Below, piece after piece: positions 16,756 through 31,697 of a DNA stretch of 40,000 bases. The DNA is taken from the sequence record MK250021.1. The stretch is one strand, 5' to 3'. The position numbers and the translations under genes are program-made. This DNA is from Prevotella phage Lak-B2. The stretch's first letter is position 1; each line of letters begins with the position of its first letter. The notes under the pieces were generated by a model. The model was not told the DNA's origin, ran no database searches, and saw nothing but the letters and a program-made list of their open reading frames with translations.

Positions 16756-19700
16756 TTATATTGCATATCCATTATTACCTTTTGATTTATTATCAGACTA
16801 TGCTTCTTGTTTCGCTTGCCATGCTCGCGCTTTAGCATTATCGTCAACGTCAACAAAGTTCTAACCATTAGAAACTAAATATGTATTTCTATTTCCTTGG
16901 TTAATTTTTGTCATTGTCATATGTTTATGTTTAGGAATATCTGGTATATTATCTTGCATCTTCATATGTTGTCTATGTCTATTTCTTAACTCATCATATG
17001 TAGATTCTATTACATCTGCTAATGAAACAAGTTGCTATATATTTGTATCCTTTAATTCATCAGTATTTATGGATGTTAATGCTTTAATCTTATTAAATAA
17101 TTGTTTATCTTTTTCCTATGATATTTTAACCATTTTCATTTCTGGATTATAACTAGGATTTTCAATTATATTATCAAATATCATAGATGTTGGAACACTT
17201 GTACTTGTATTTAATGAAGGCATCTTCATATTAGAAGTGTCATAACTATTATTATAATGATTGTTTACCATTGGAATATTATTAGTTGAACTATTTAAAA
17301 TAGGTTGTGTCATTTGCATATCTATTTTACTTTCGTTCAATAATGGTTCAGTCATTACCATATTCTATTGATAATCATTATATACAGGTTGTGTCATTAC
17401 CATTGATAAACTACTGTCAATTATTTCTGGTGAAAACATTTTCATATCAGGTATTGAAGTATTATCAATAGGTTTAGACATAACCATATTTGATAAAGAT
17501 GTATCATTTATTAATTCAGTCATTACCATATTTGATAAAGATGAACTATCTGTTAATTCAGTAAATTTCATATCAGCTGTAGATACATTCATATCTAAAT
17601 ATGTCATATCCATATCTGCTAATGAAATATCTTCATTAGGTTTAACCATAATCATATCAGGTAATGATGTATTCAATTCTGGATATGTCATTTTCATATC
17701 AGTGGTTGAAACATTCATATCTAAATATGTCATATCCATATCGCCTAATGATGTACTTGTATTTATATATGTCATATCCATATCAGGTAATGATATACTT
17801 GCATTAAGATATGTCATATCCATATCTGCTGTAGATACATTCTGTTTTATTGAAGTCATTGTCATATCTCCTAATGATGTACTTGTATTAAGATATGCCA
17901 TATCCATCTATATTTTTGATGTACTAATATCCATTGGTGTCATCTTCATCTAACCATTCGAAGCACCTGTAATTTCAACTTCAAACATCTGATTAGTAAA
18001 TTTAGTATCATCTCCTTTATTTGGTATCATATCCATCTTTGTTTTTGTAAGATACATATCCATTTCTACCATTTGATTATGTGCTTGTGGTATATCATCA
18101 CCTTCCAATGGTTGTAAATTATGATGTTCCTTACTAACATTCTATGGATTTGGAATTAAATTCATCTTATTCTTTACTGCATCCTATGGAACAGAAATAA
18201 AATTCATACCATTATGTGAACTATCAATATTGATACCCATGAAATTCATGTCGACTTTACTTGTATCAAAATATGTAGAATCTTTTTTCATATCCATTTT
18301 AGTATGTTCAAGATTCATTTCAGGTTTTACATATGTCATAGAATTATGTGAACTGTCTAACTAAGGTTTAACATATGTCATAGAATTATGAGATGTATCT
18401 ATATTTAATTCTACATATGTCATATCTGATTTAGATATATCCATTTCCGGCTTAACATATGTCATAGAATTATGTTCTGTATTCATATCGGGTGAAACAT
18501 AATTCATATCAGTATGATCTAAATTCATCTTAGGTTTAACATAATTCATATCTGCATGATCAAGATTCATTTCTGGTTCAACATAATTCTAATCATGTTT
18601 ATCCAAATTCATATCAGGTGAAACATAATTCTAATCAGGTTTATCCAAATTCATTTCTGGTTTAATATAATCCTAATCTGGTTTATCTAAATTAAATTCA
18701 GGAACAACATATGTCATATTATCATGGTCTAGATTCATTTCTGGTTCAACATAATTCTAATCTGGTTTATCCAAATTCATATATGGTTTAATATAATTCA
18801 TAAGATTATGATCAAGATTCATATCTGGGCGAACATAATTCTGTTGAAATTTATCAAGATTCATTTCTGGTTTTATATAATCCTAATCAGGTTTATCTAA
18901 ATTAAATTCTGGGATAACATATGTCTAATCTGGTTTATCTAAATTCATTTCAGGTTCAACATATGTCATATCATTATGATTCAAGTTAAACTCTGGTGAT
19001 ATATAATCATACTATGGTTTATCAAGATTCATATCTAATTCTTGATAATTCTATTTAATCTTATCTAAATTTTCATTAGGTCTAATATAATTATGTTGAA
19101 TTTTATCAAGATTCATATTAATACATGGATCTATCAAGATAAAACTTGCATCATCGCCTGTTATTTTTATATTAGGATCTAATTGAGCAGCAGATGTATC
19201 TATAATTCCTGGATCAACTATATTATAATATGCATCACTTCCAACTACATATGTATTATGTAACATATATTGTATCATTACTTTGATACGATTTTTCATT
19301 TGTTCCTATGCTTTTATAACATCAGGTCCATATAATAATTGTTCATGATCATAAATATAAGATTCTTCATTAGGTCGTTGTAAATCATTATAGAATGTAT
19401 CTCTATCAGGATTTGCGGAATCTCTTACTAATACAGGTCTAGAATGAATAACTTTCTTAAGATATTTCTTCAAATCTTTCCAAGACTATATAGAATATAA
19501 ACTATCTCGTACATTTGCCATATGCCATGTATTATCTGGAAGCTGGGGTCCATATACATCTGCCATACCGTATAATCTATCATAATCAGAATTATCACCA
19601 ACTTTATGCGTTATTTCTTTATCAAAATACGCAGTATATTCAGATGGTGTCATGAACATTCTTCTCATCCATCTTGTTCTGAAATTTGCATGATTATCAA

Positions 19701-20853
19701 AATCAGTTGATGTATAAGAACCTCTTTCTGTAATAGAATCAAAATCAGAAATCCAATTAACTGCGTTTTCAGAAGTTGTACTCTTTTTAGAATTATCATC
19801 CTAATTTGGATCTAATGTATCTATTTTCTTCATCAAACCATTAGAGTAATAAGTCTTTACATTCTTAACACTTATAGTTATCTTTGTCTCCGCGTCCTTA
19901 TGTTCATCATATGCAGTAGCGTATTCATTATCCCATATAGATTCTATATCAAACTCACATGGTCCACATTCCAATGCATATATAGGAAAATTATTCTAAT
20001 CAACACTATATACTGCAACTTTATCACCTGTAGATTTATCTAACTTATATCCTGTCTATAATATACGTCTATCAAATACATATATAATCATTTTGAAATA
20101 TCTGTATATATCAGGTAATATCCATCTTTGCCATACATCATCATATGCTGCTTTCCTATACATCTCCAATAATGTTCTGATTTTCAAATCAACACCTTCG
20201 TAACATTCCAATGTAATCTTTGCATCTTTTAAACGAACACCCTTTGTAGCATCAAATGATGTAAGTTTCTCTAAACCGGATATTTTCTTAAATAAATAAG
20301 GCATACTTCTTTGAATCTCATACAAACCTTTAACGAATGTTTTTATATAAGAAGCTCTCGCATCTTCATTTCTATTCATTAAATAATTATATGTATTATA
20401 ATGTTCCTGATTACTCCAATTCTCTGTTCTATCAAAATTCAAAAAATTAAGGTTAAGCAACCCCATTGGATATTGATCATAATCTTCATAATAGATATTA
20501 TTGAAAAGACTTGTTTTTTGTTGATTTTTTATTGTTTCTGTATCCAAAACAGAACATCCCCAATCACCAAACTCAACTTTGAACATAAGTCTTGTCGGAT
20601 CTTCAAAACCACTACTGAATATTTCCGAATTCATTTCAGTACCGTATTCATTTCCCATATGAAATCTTTTCATAATTTCATTCTGTTCCATGAATCTTCC
20701 TGATGGTAATGGCCATGTTTCACTATTGGTTACTTTCTCCTCTAATTCATTTGTCTTTGTATCACCAGTAAGTAATGAATTAAAACCACTTAGGAAATTA
20801 TATGCTGAATTTGTTCCTTTAACTATATTTTTAACTGCACTAAATAAACTCAT
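16756..20853 (-). CDS. Virion/tail or baseplate-like structural protein with a C-terminal region of about 14-aa repeats; code 15 (TAG=Gln)
   Basis: Track ORFs 20056-20853, 19486-19668, 19051-19299, 18361-18570, 17365-17907 and 17116-17361 share one frame. The in-frame stops I checked were CTA (=TAG) on the plus strand. First TAA is at 16756-16758; about 1365 aa. Confidence 0.88.
17119..19135 (-). repeat. Degenerate 14-aa (42-nt) coding repeat region, with interruptions
   Basis: Units such as PEMNLDKPDQNYVS, PDMNLDKHDQNYVE, PEMNLDHADMNYVK and DMDMTYLNASISLP, DMDMTYINTSTSLG, DMDMTYLDMNVSTT, DMKMTYPELNTSLP. Confidence 0.85.
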
Positions 20854-20868
20854 AATTTAAATATCATT

Positions 20869-22419
20869 TTATTTTACTGGTGTAATGAATGGTGTCTTAT
20901 TAGGATGATTTGGTGTATCTACCAATATCAATTTACTTTCATTTCTTGTTACTGGTGAATACATATCCAATTTATAATTATCACCAATTTCATATTCGTT
21001 CTCATATAATCTTATATTACACATCTATAAATTATTTCCCATGTTTTCAATAGTAAATTCATTTATAGAAAAATCAGATATATTCCAATCAATAGTTTTA
21101 TCAGTCTTAAGCACATCTCCTATAACTTTATCATCTATTTCCTTTGGTGAACTTATAACTATTCTCGTTTTATCTGGTGATATATCCAACATTATATAAG
21201 ACCATATATCAAACTCAAAATTAACAGGTATATGTTTAGATTTATTACCGATCTATATTTGTAATTCATTCTATCTTATAAGAACGTCAAACTATATTTT
21301 ATTATCTTCATCATATCCTCTGATTAATTTATAAATATTAGTCTTATAAATTTTAAGAAACTATGAATTCTCATACCATTTTGTTAATTTTTTATTTGCT
21401 TTAGTCATATCAGATGATTTAATAGCTATACCTAATGAGTCAACACATTCATCTAACTCAACAACGATACCATTAACTTTTATTAATGAGCCTCTTGTTA
21501 TTGTTATATTATCACCTAATTCCAACTATAATGTTGTCGATACTCTGAAATACCAATAATTAGAATCTTTTGAATAATATACCAATCGAATAACCTAACT
21601 ATCTAATATATAGCTTGCAAGATTAACCCAACATGAATATATAAGATGATTTCTTTCTGAATTAATTTCATATATTAAATCATCATGATATGTAATATTC
21701 TTTGTTGCAATAGAAAAATCATAATATGCATTAGATATAAGATTTCCATTAGAACCAAATATTTGATTTGAAATAATAGATTCTATATCACAGTCTTTCT
21801 AAGGATCAACATATGTAGTATTATTATAAGATGTTTCAATAGGTGCATCAACATCTGCAACTTCTTGTGATATTGTATCTCCAAACAATTCTTCCTATGA
21901 TGTTGTAAGTTCTTCTACAGAATCTCGGAATTCCTATGTTTCTTGTCTGGAAGCAGATGGACTATATTTAGATAATATGACTTTATAATATGTTGGAAGT
22001 GCTGCTATTGTATAAATTAATTCAGAAGACTATACTTCAAACAATTTGTGATATATCTATACATAAACAATATCTCCTTTCTACGGCATTGTATTTACAC
22101 CAAACATACTTTGCCATTCCTATATTGTTATATTAATTTCCAATGGCTAAACATAATTTAACCCATAAAGATCTATAGTATATTCACCAGGATTATAATC
22201 AGCGTTAGAAACAATAACTTTAATAGTTTTAGGACATTCCAATCCAACCTATGTTAATGTATATTCCTATAAAACAACATCTTCAGAATTGATAACAGGT
22301 GTTGCTCTTGCCCACAAACAGTCAGTTCCAACAGTCTCTGTTGCTGACTGTTGGATCTCCTTAACTGTTTCATATGCTGATTTTATAATCTCATTAATAT
22401 CAATTCCTAAACCTGCCAT
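20869..22419 (-). CDS. Probable virion structural protein (code 15, about 516 aa)
   Basis: ATG at 22419: MAGLGIDINEIIKSAYETVKEIQQSATETVGTDCLWARATPVINSEDVVLQEYTLTQVGLECPKT... Several in-frame TAG; first TAA at 20869-20871. Start overlaps upstream stop (TAATG). Confidence 0.82.
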
Positions 22420-24116
22420 TAGTTATTTAATGTTTCATTTATTTTTGTTTCTATCTATGATATTTCATCGCATATCTTAGATAAATCATCTATTTGTAAT
22501 TTTATATTATCCCTTGTATTTTTTAATATATTAACTTGATAAGAACTCATTTGTTTTGTATTTGAATAATCTTTCTTAAATGTTGCAATATTAACCTAAA
22601 TTTTCCCATATGATATTAATGAAGATTTTAAAACTTTTGAATATACACCATATAATGTCATTAAAATTTTAAATTTATCTCTATCTGTTCTTATAACTTT
22701 CTTTATCTCAGAACATAATACCTAACCGGTTTTTGTATATGCTTGTAACTATGGTAATATTTTCTTTAAATCTTCATTAAAATTTGAAACACCTATCATA
22801 GATCTATTCTTTGCAATTAATGCTTTATATCTCTTTATATTGTTTTCTGCTATTTTATTACAATATTCATCATCACCATATAAATCGTTATAATCATACT
22901 CTGATAATTTAACACCATAATTAAAATATCTATTCTAATCGCCATTCGCATATGGTTTATATTTACCAAATAAATCTTTTACCCATTTATATGTCTATCT
23001 ATTATCAAATGCTTCCCTCTAATCATTCTTACGTTTATTAAAACCATTTTCTGTTTTATAATCATTATAACTTTTTACTGTTGAATCCGGTAATGTATAA
23101 TGTTTATCATTAGTTGATCTATATGTAGATACAACAGAACCATTAAAATCCTTATGGACTTCTTCTGGATAATAAATTATTACATAATCATTTAAAGAGG
23201 AACCCCAACCTGTACACTTTGATAAATTACTTGCTTTTGATGTTACAGCACCAACAGTTTTTAATTTCATTTTACCATTATGCTAATTTAAATAAAGATA
23301 CTTATCAACAAAATCAATACCTACTAAATCTCGTTTATCTCCAATAAATGACATACGTGCAATAGTAGGAAATTTTAATTCAGTGCCATCATTTAAAGGC
23401 ATGGCTAATGTATTTACAATAAGATTATCTTTCTTAACAGCATTTTCTATTCTATCTTTAGATATATCATCATTCAAGTACCAACGTCTACCTGTTGTCG
23501 CAGTAACTAAAGGATTATCATTATCTATTGCAAATAGTTTTAATGTATTATTACAGCTTACAACTAATATTTCTCCTTCTTCATTAAACCAAAAACAAAG
23601 GTTATCTTTAGATGCTTTATTTACTTTTTCTTTAAGATTTTTATCTTTTTTAATTTCCTATAATGTATATTTTTCAAAATGTTCATCAGTAAGATTAAAT
23701 AAATCCATTCTATATTTTGTGAAATAACCATATGTGGCATCAGAAAATGCAATACTTGGGATCAACTATGGATCTGGTTTTATAAATAGTTTTGTTGTAT
23801 AATTTACATATTGGTTAAACAATTCCATATATTTTTTATGTAAAGCACGTTTATCATCATCTGAAACTATACCATCACCTTTATAATAAACACTATCTTT
23901 AACTTTATTATTCCATGAATTAAATGTATTCTCTATAATAGATTTTAATTCGTTATAACACTATTTTGCTTTATAATACATTGTACCTGGATAATACATC
24001 TTATAATAAATAAACATTCCTCCTTTATCATTCAGAATATCATTAACTAATATATCAGACTAAAGTTTCTCTGTAAGATATTTTTCTGTTATATATTTCT
24101 TTAAACTAAATTGCAT
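22419..24116 (-). CDS. Hypothetical protein in the virion block (code 15, about 565 aa)
   Basis: ATG at 24116 (MQFSLKKYITEKYLTEKLQSDILVND...). Same frame as track ORFs 23019-23270 and 23283-23477, joined across TAG. TAA at 22419-22421. Confidence 0.8.
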
Positions 24117-24212
24117 AATAATCCTATTTAATATTCTATTTTAATTATTTATTTTGATAATTTGATATATTGCGAAATAAATAATAAAACCAATATTTTT
24201 ATTAATACGGAT

Positions 24213-26834
24213 ATGGGTAGTTTAAATTGGAATAGTATAACAGATCAATATAAAAATCCTTTAAAAAAATACGGCAAAGATATATCGAATGAGAATTTGG
24301 ATGATGTTATTTCAAAAATGACATCATTAACTGACTCGTCTTTATACTCATAGCAAAATAGTCCATTATATGGTGTATTTAAAAATGTGCTTGATACTTC
24401 TGCAAAGCAAGCTGATGCATTTGAACCAGGTGGATCAATAAATGATGAAATTACTAGTTACCGAGCATGGGATCCTAGGCTTCATAGAGTGGACGGATTT
24501 GTATCTAGATCTGCGACAAGCGATGATCACCCAACAGTTGTTCCTTTCGCTTCAGAAACAGCAGCAGGAGCATTTTATGATATGGTATTTACAATAGAAA
24601 AAGGTATCGGTGACAAAATGTCTGAAACTACTGTATATAAAGAAGGAACAAATACTAAAGATTCAAATGACAATGAAAAAACATCATCAGATAATACGTT
24701 TTATACAGTAGATAAAAATAGTGGTGAAACTATTACAGATGTAAATAAATCAACAAAAAATTTTTATTTACCTAATAAAACAGGTAGTAATGGAGTAAAT
24801 GCAGACACAATAAAAAGTTAGATTTTAAATGACGGAGATTCTTATGGTGTGGCTTCTATTGTTAATCCGTATACATTAACAAAATTATGTGGAGGCCTTG
24901 TAAAAGTCAAAGGAAATAATGATGAAAAAGGTAATAATGCAATAGAAGTAGAAAATCACATGTATGATATTAGAGATTCCCGAAGATTTTATGGTAATGT
25001 AATTGAAGGTGAAAATAATACAGATTTTTTAACCGTTACAAATCCTACGACGACTAATATAATAACATGGAGCAATTAGGATAGATGGGGACGAACACCA
25101 TATTATTTTTAGGATTTTGTTTTTTGTAAATATTGGAATATTATACCTAATAACCGTTTAATAACATTAAGAAAGTATCATGCACCTGTATATGATAATC
25201 TTCAATTTTCAAATATGTTTGATAACAAGAAAACACATCCGTTTGCACCTATTGCTACAGTTGTAACATACTTTGGAGATGATACTGGCAATACATTATC
25301 ATCATTATTTGGTTTTACCGCCGGTACAAAATGGAGAGAATTAAAATCAGATGTACATGATGTCCAAGGAGATTCTGGTTCAGATCCACATGCAGTTATT
25401 GATAACATGTTCACAGGCGGTGGCGGATTTTCTACCGGTGAATCTAATATAATGCAACAAGTTATTGGTGGTGCAAATATGCTTACTGGTAAAATGTTTT
25501 CATTAGGTAAATTTGTCGGATTATTAAGTCCAAATGGATATAACATGGGTAAGGATTAGGCAGTATTTGATAAAATCTCATAGGCGAATGTGGATCCATC
25601 AGAACAAATATATGCAAATAAAATTAAAGGCCCTGTTAATAGAATTGAAACGACTAAAGCAAGAGATGCTGGTATTGTATTTGATTAGAAATTTAGTTTA
25701 ACTTGTCAATATGTAGCAAGACCTATTGGTGGTGTTAATACAAAAGCAGCAATGCTTGATATATTATCAAACTGCATGGAAATGGCATCTGCTGATGCAG
25801 TATTTTGGGGTGGTGGATATAGATTTAATATTAAGCCTCACATGTATCCATTTAAAAATACAGCATTTAAAAATAGAATAATGGATGATTTATATGCAGG
25901 TCGTATATTTGGTAAAGATGGAGCATTATCACATACAGTAGAAGGTATAAAATCATTTGGTACAGATGCATCAGGTAATTTCTCTTGGAGTGAAATCGGT
26001 AAACATTTAAGTGAATATCTTGGTGAGACTTTAGGTGCATTAGGTGAAATGTTCAATACATTACAGAATATGGTTTTTGGTTCAGGCGGTAGTTCAATTG
26101 GAGACTGGTTAAAAGGTAAAGGAAATGATATTGGAGGCGATAGTAGCACAGCTGGTGATAACGGCGCAACAAAACTTAATAGCTTAGGTAAAAATCTTAA
26201 TATGATGTGGCGATCAAAAGTTATCCAATCATCAACAATGCCATCCATTACCGGTATGCGTGCATTATTAACAGGTGAAGCAGTTGGAAACTGGCATTTA
26301 ACAGTAGGTAATCCTCTAAATCCTATTATGGTAATTGGTAATCTTATCTGTACAGATATGAAAGTAGAAGTCGGAGAAGAATTAGGTCCTGATGATTTTC
26401 CAACAGAATTAAAAGTTGTATATACGTTAGAACATGGTATGCCACGTGATAAATCTGGTATACAATCTATGTTTAATAGGGGTGGTGGTCGTATATATTA
26501 GTTACCTGACTGGATTAGAGCATCTTCTGATTATGAAACAAAAGTTGATAACTATACTGGTGGAAGTAACTTCTATCAACCTTCATATATGAGTTCGTCA
26601 AAACTTATGGCAATATCTGGTGCTCATGGATACTAGACCTTTAAATATGATAAAGGTAAAACACCTGATATAAATGCACATACATCAAATGTTGTTATAG
26701 CTAAATTCACACCGCCTGATGTAGATGCAGCTATCAGTAATATAGTTGATAAATCTTCATCATTCTTTGGTTCTAATAATTCATCTAGAGCATGGATTAG
26801 AGGTACAACAGCTACAAGAAAACTTATGAATTAA
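24213..26834 (+). CDS. Virion structural protein (code 15, about 873 aa)
   Basis: Track ORFs 24162-24353, 24387-24821, 24849-25079, 25215-25559 and 25752-26501 are all in one frame separated by TAG. Ends TAA 26832-26834. Gly-rich, with 'NWHLTVGNPLNPIMVIGNLICTDMKVEVGEELGPDDFPTELKVVYTLEHG'. Start 24162 is an alternative. Confidence 0.87.
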
Positions 26835-26839
26835 TTAAA

Positions 26840-27574
26840 ATGTTTGTATATACAATAGATAAAAAACCAGAAATTACAGATTCAAAAGGAAATACGATTG
26901 TTGATTTTATTAAACCATTATTTAATAATGAATCAACCGGTGTTGCAGATTATCAGATTATGCGTGTAGATGCTGAAAAATACCAAATGCGTCCAGATCT
27001 CATATCAATGGCAATGTATGGTGATATTGATGAAGCAGAATATATATTAAAATTCTCTGGTATATCAAATCCTTTTTCATTAGATAAAGATGATATATTA
27101 AAAATTCCTAATGATTAGGAAGTATATGGTATGATGGCGGTTAATTCACCAGATGAAGATACCACAAATACTGTAGATACTGCAGCTGAAATACGTCATA
27201 ATTTTAAATATTATGATCCAGAATTAAATCCATATAATAAAGATGGTCAATCATATAGAGATTTGGAAAATAAGAAAATACCATCTGGAATTATTGATAA
27301 AGGTAAAATTGTCAATAAAACAGGTAATATCATGGTACCATATATATCAGAAGATGGACGAACTGCAGTTACTATCCGAAATGGTAAAGTATATTTTGGT
27401 GAAGATAGTGGTTTAAATATAGCATCATCTGAAAAAATATCACAGGTCGCGAACATTACATCAACCATATAGAATGCAATAAATAATACAATGACAAAAT
27501 TATCAGATTCAAACTGTTTATATAATGGTTCGAACTTAGCAGATTTTGTAAGAACAAATTTTAATAATAACTGA
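26840..27574 (+). CDS. Baseplate wedge-like protein (T4 gp53/LysM-like N-terminus suggested), code 15
   Basis: MFVYTIDKKPEI...VADYQIMRVDAEKYQMRPDLISMAMYGDIDEAEYILKFSGISNPFSLDKDDILKIPND-Q-EVYG...; track ORF 27131-27472 is in frame; TGA at 27572-27574. Confidence 0.75.
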
Positions 27575-27581
27575 TTGAAAT

Positions 27582-30500
27582 ATGAATACAAAATATCCTT
27601 TAAATGGTAGACTGGCAACATTAGCAGATTTGGTACATGAATACGGTCCAAATTCTGGATGGCCTAGTAATAAAACATATGATCTTTTAACATTAAATGC
27701 AGATGACACATAGCCATTTTAGACTTTAATTTTTAAATCTACATTAGATTCTAATAATAAATTTTAGGCGGAAATACCATATGAAATTGTATATTTTGAT
27801 GATGTATATTCTAAAAATCAAAAAGATAATAATGGGAAAAATATGAGGCTTATATAGAGAAATGACAGCTCTGTATTTTATAATAATGAAGAATATACTA
27901 CTTATGGTTAGTTAAGTCCATCATCATATATAATTGCAAATATTGTTTCAAATCCTACTAAAATTAAAAATGGTTATTTTGGATTCAAATTTATTGGCGC
28001 TAATATAGATAAGCAATCACTCAATTATTAGCAATATTATTATAATTATAAGACATCTGATGGAGAAGCTACTGTTATGTATGCGCTTAGAAATATATTA
28101 TATATATTAAAAAAGTCAAGTAAGACGAACGATAATTAGAAAAAACATTTTATTAATAGTATTTTTTCAGATTATACTGAATTAAAAAATTCAGACTATT
28201 ATAAGAATGAGGAAAATAAACCTATAATGGTAGATGTTATAAAAGATATATTAGATAATACAGATAAAGAATTTTCATCATGGCAATTAGATACAGATGC
28301 ATATAAATATTTAGGTGATGCTATATGGACTTCAAAACATATATATTATAAAAATTATACAAGTGAAAAAGATAGTACAAAAAATGAATATGAACAAAAT
28401 ATTGTAAAAAAAGCTCGAGCTGCTAAATATTTTACTAATGCCATTGTTAAATTCAATAATTTAAATAATACTATACGTACTATATTAGATATTAATACTA
28501 CGCAAAAAAATAACTATTATTCATATAATAGTATATTTGATGATTCATTATATAGGAGATTATTATATTTTTTTGACTTATTTTTAAATTCATAGCGTTT
28601 TTTTATAAGTTTTGTAACATCATTTAGATTTTCAAAAATTTCGAATTATTCATATTTATAGAAAGATCCAGTTTTAAGGTGTGATTTGGGTGTAATGCAG
28701 TTATATGAATATATTATAATATAGAATGCTGTACATGATTGGCAAACAGCATTGCCCGCTGGTGAAATAACATATAATACATCTATAAATATTATTATAC
28801 AATATAAAGTAAAATATAAAAATTTAACGCAACTTAGTAATATAATAACAACAACATTAGGACCTATTACATTTGATGATATTAGAAAATATAGAACACC
28901 TACTGTTAAAGATACAAATGGAAATAATGTTGAAAATGATATATGGTATGCATTAAAGACATACCCAAAGAATAGTAGTACGTTACCTAATGAAATAAAT
29001 CCTAATTTACATGGTAATTCTATTACACCAGGATTATATAGTACAAATACTATTCTATATGGAACATCGTTTTTCCCAGCTTTACCTCATAAAGATTTTG
29101 AAAATAATAATGATTATAATATTAGTAAAGTAAATTATTCATTAGGACTATTAAGATGGCCCGTTGGTGAAAACTTAACATTGTTATCATTAGATGATGT
29201 AAAGAATTCAATGAATAATCCTAATTTCATTAGTCCTATAACAAATCAAAAAAACTATGCAGATACAAGTGACGAAAATTTATTTGGTGAAAATGATCCT
29301 AATGATATTATTAAAAAAAGTGGCATAGCTCCATTTGGTGTATTACGTATACATACTTCATTAGATACATCAGACGAAAATAAATACGGTTCATCTATCT
29401 ATTTTGATATAAAATTATATAGATGTAAAAATTATTATTATATATCTACGGAGAATGCTGATAGTGACGATGCAAATGTTTATGCATATTTTATGCCAAA
29501 GTATACAGATACAACGCCTTATATATCATTACCAATAATTAAATTAAAAAATGATGAAGACAATAGTATAAATAATATTATCACCGAATTAGATAAAAAA
29601 TTTAAGGATGGATATATTTACTCAATACCATCTCATACAATTATTACATATTTTACAATTCAAAGTGGAACTGCAAAAACAATAATATATGCATCTGGTA
29701 GAACTGATACTCAAAATAATCTCGGTTCTGATACATATACAAATAAAAATTAGATTACGTTCTATTATTATGTAGAAGATAGCAATGAATGGGTACAAGT
29801 AACTGGCGATTATATAAATATTAATTCAAATCCATCTGGAAATAATATAAGTAAACAATATGAAATAACTTTTAATTTATCACAAAATTATCATCAATAT
29901 TGGCGATTTACATTAAATAATATAAATTAGTATTATTATTTTAGATGTAATTATTATGATAAACCAAAAGATAACACATCATTTATAAATATGACTATAC
30001 ATCATCTTTTTGTATCTGATGAATCTTTAATATAGGGAATGATAGAATATCAATTAGGTATGAGAAACCAACAGGATAAATCTACAAATCAAATATCATT
30101 AAAATATGCAGTATATAATACAATTACTGATATTAGAAATGATAATGAAAAACCTAATGATAAGTCATCATTATCAATTATAGAACATGCAATTAATAAC
30201 GCTGAACAATAGAATGTTATTATATGTATTGATAAAACAATATACATAGAACCTATTGCTTTTAAATCAACAGAACGATATGTATCAGAAAAATTTTATG
30301 GAAATATATATAGTCCGTTCCATGTAGCATATGAAACAAAATCATTTGATGGTATCTCAGAGTTTAATATACAAAAACAAATATATGGATATAATTTTAA
30401 TTCATGTGCATTATTTGATAAAACTTCAGAATCACGTGTAAAAATAGAAAAACTATATAAAAAAGAAAGTGTAAATGTATATTTAGCATTTGAACCTATT

Positions 30501-31598
30501 TATATAATTAATAATGGTAATACATTTAAAGACAATAATGCAAAAGATGAAGATATTATAAATGAGTATTCTACTTATTTTAATACATGTTCAATAACAA
30601 ATATAAAATTAAGCAATAATGGTACAGAACAAACTATTTACAAGAATTCTGGTAATTCAAACAATAATTTTATTAAAAGTATATTTTCTAAATCTGTATA
30701 TATTGACGCAACATCAATATGTATAAGTGTTACAAGTAATAAAACAGAACCAATTTCTTCACTTATATATGATACAACCGATGGTTTAATAAACGCCTAT
30801 TTGTTCGATTTTGATATAAAATATTACAAATATAAAAATAATACAGAGAAATTTGAAGAAACAAATAGTGTAAATGTAACAAATAAAATATAGTTAATGT
30901 AGCTAAATAATACATTAAGAAATATATAGTTGAATGGTGATGAGTAGTATTTAATAAATATTGTTCTTAAAAAATTCAAGGAAAGATTAAAACATTTTAC
31001 TATAACTGTAAGTTCAGACGTTCCAGCATTAAATGGTTCATGTCAAATACAAATAAAAACACTTCCTAATGAATATGAAGAAGGTATTATATCAGAAAAT
31101 GATACATATCAAAATACTATACAAGTTCCAGAAAATACACAAATACATGTGAAAAATACATATAATTGGGATGAGTATAAAACATATAAATTCCATGGGT
31201 TTTCTGTTAATAGTGTAGATAAAGGTAAAGAATTTAATTTAACTGTAACAGAGAATATATAGATATATATGTTTATAGAATACGATGGTGGTAATTCTGG
31301 TGGTAATTCTGATTCAGGTAGTATTCCTGGTAATGTTACAATTACAGAAGAATCGAATAAAAATGGTAAAATTATATTAACATTATCTATTTCATCCTCT
31401 GATCAAAATACTTTAATTAGATATGTTACATCAACTTCAAATGTAGAACTAACACCAACATTATCAAATACAAGTATATATTCAGATTAGCAGAAGTTAG
31501 AATTTAATAACGATATAACAATAGCAGCATGTGGTTATAATGCATCAAATTATAAATGGGGTCCAAAGAACTAGAAACACTTTACATTAAATGAATAA
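27582..31598 (+). CDS. Giant virion/baseplate- or tail-associated protein (code 15, about 1338 aa)
   Basis: ATG at 27582 (MNTKYPLNGRLATLADLVHEYGPNSGWPSNKTYDLL). Track ORFs 28227-28595, 28752-29753 and 31269-31490 are all in this frame; many TAG codons; first TAA at 31596-31598. Confidence 0.87.
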
Positions 31599-31606
31599 AA
31601 TATAAA

Positions 31607-31639
31607 AAATCCAAACAACTAGAAATTGTTTGGATTTTT
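31607..31639. terminator. Terminator at convergent junction
   Basis: AAATCCAAACAA (31607-31618) / TTGTTTGGATTT (31626-31637) then TT. Confidence 0.85.
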
Positions 31640-31697
31640 ATATTATAAAAATAATTTATAAAGTTAACAGTGGAATATTTCTTATATTTAAAAACAT

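Noticed and set aside
17119-19135. Possible CRISPR or non-coding satellite because of regular 42-nt repetition
   Set aside because: Repeats are degenerate at DNA level, preserve reading frame and encode a 14-aa consensus; there are no unique spacers.
16756-20853. Read as a run of pseudogene fragments or short hypothetical ORFs (17116, 17365, 18361, 19051, 19486, 20056 in the track)
   Set aside because: All are in one frame and the separating stops checked are TAG. Codon quality and repeat structure continue through them, so one code-15 gene is the simpler reading.
23383-23727. Plus-strand 114-aa ORF opposite the minus-strand late gene
   Set aside because: Lies within the continuous code-15 CDS 22419-24116; composition typical of an antisense shadow ORF.
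25202-25546. Minus-strand ORFs 25202-25546 and 25838-26248
   Set aside because: Mirror images of the strong plus-strand structural gene 24213-26834.
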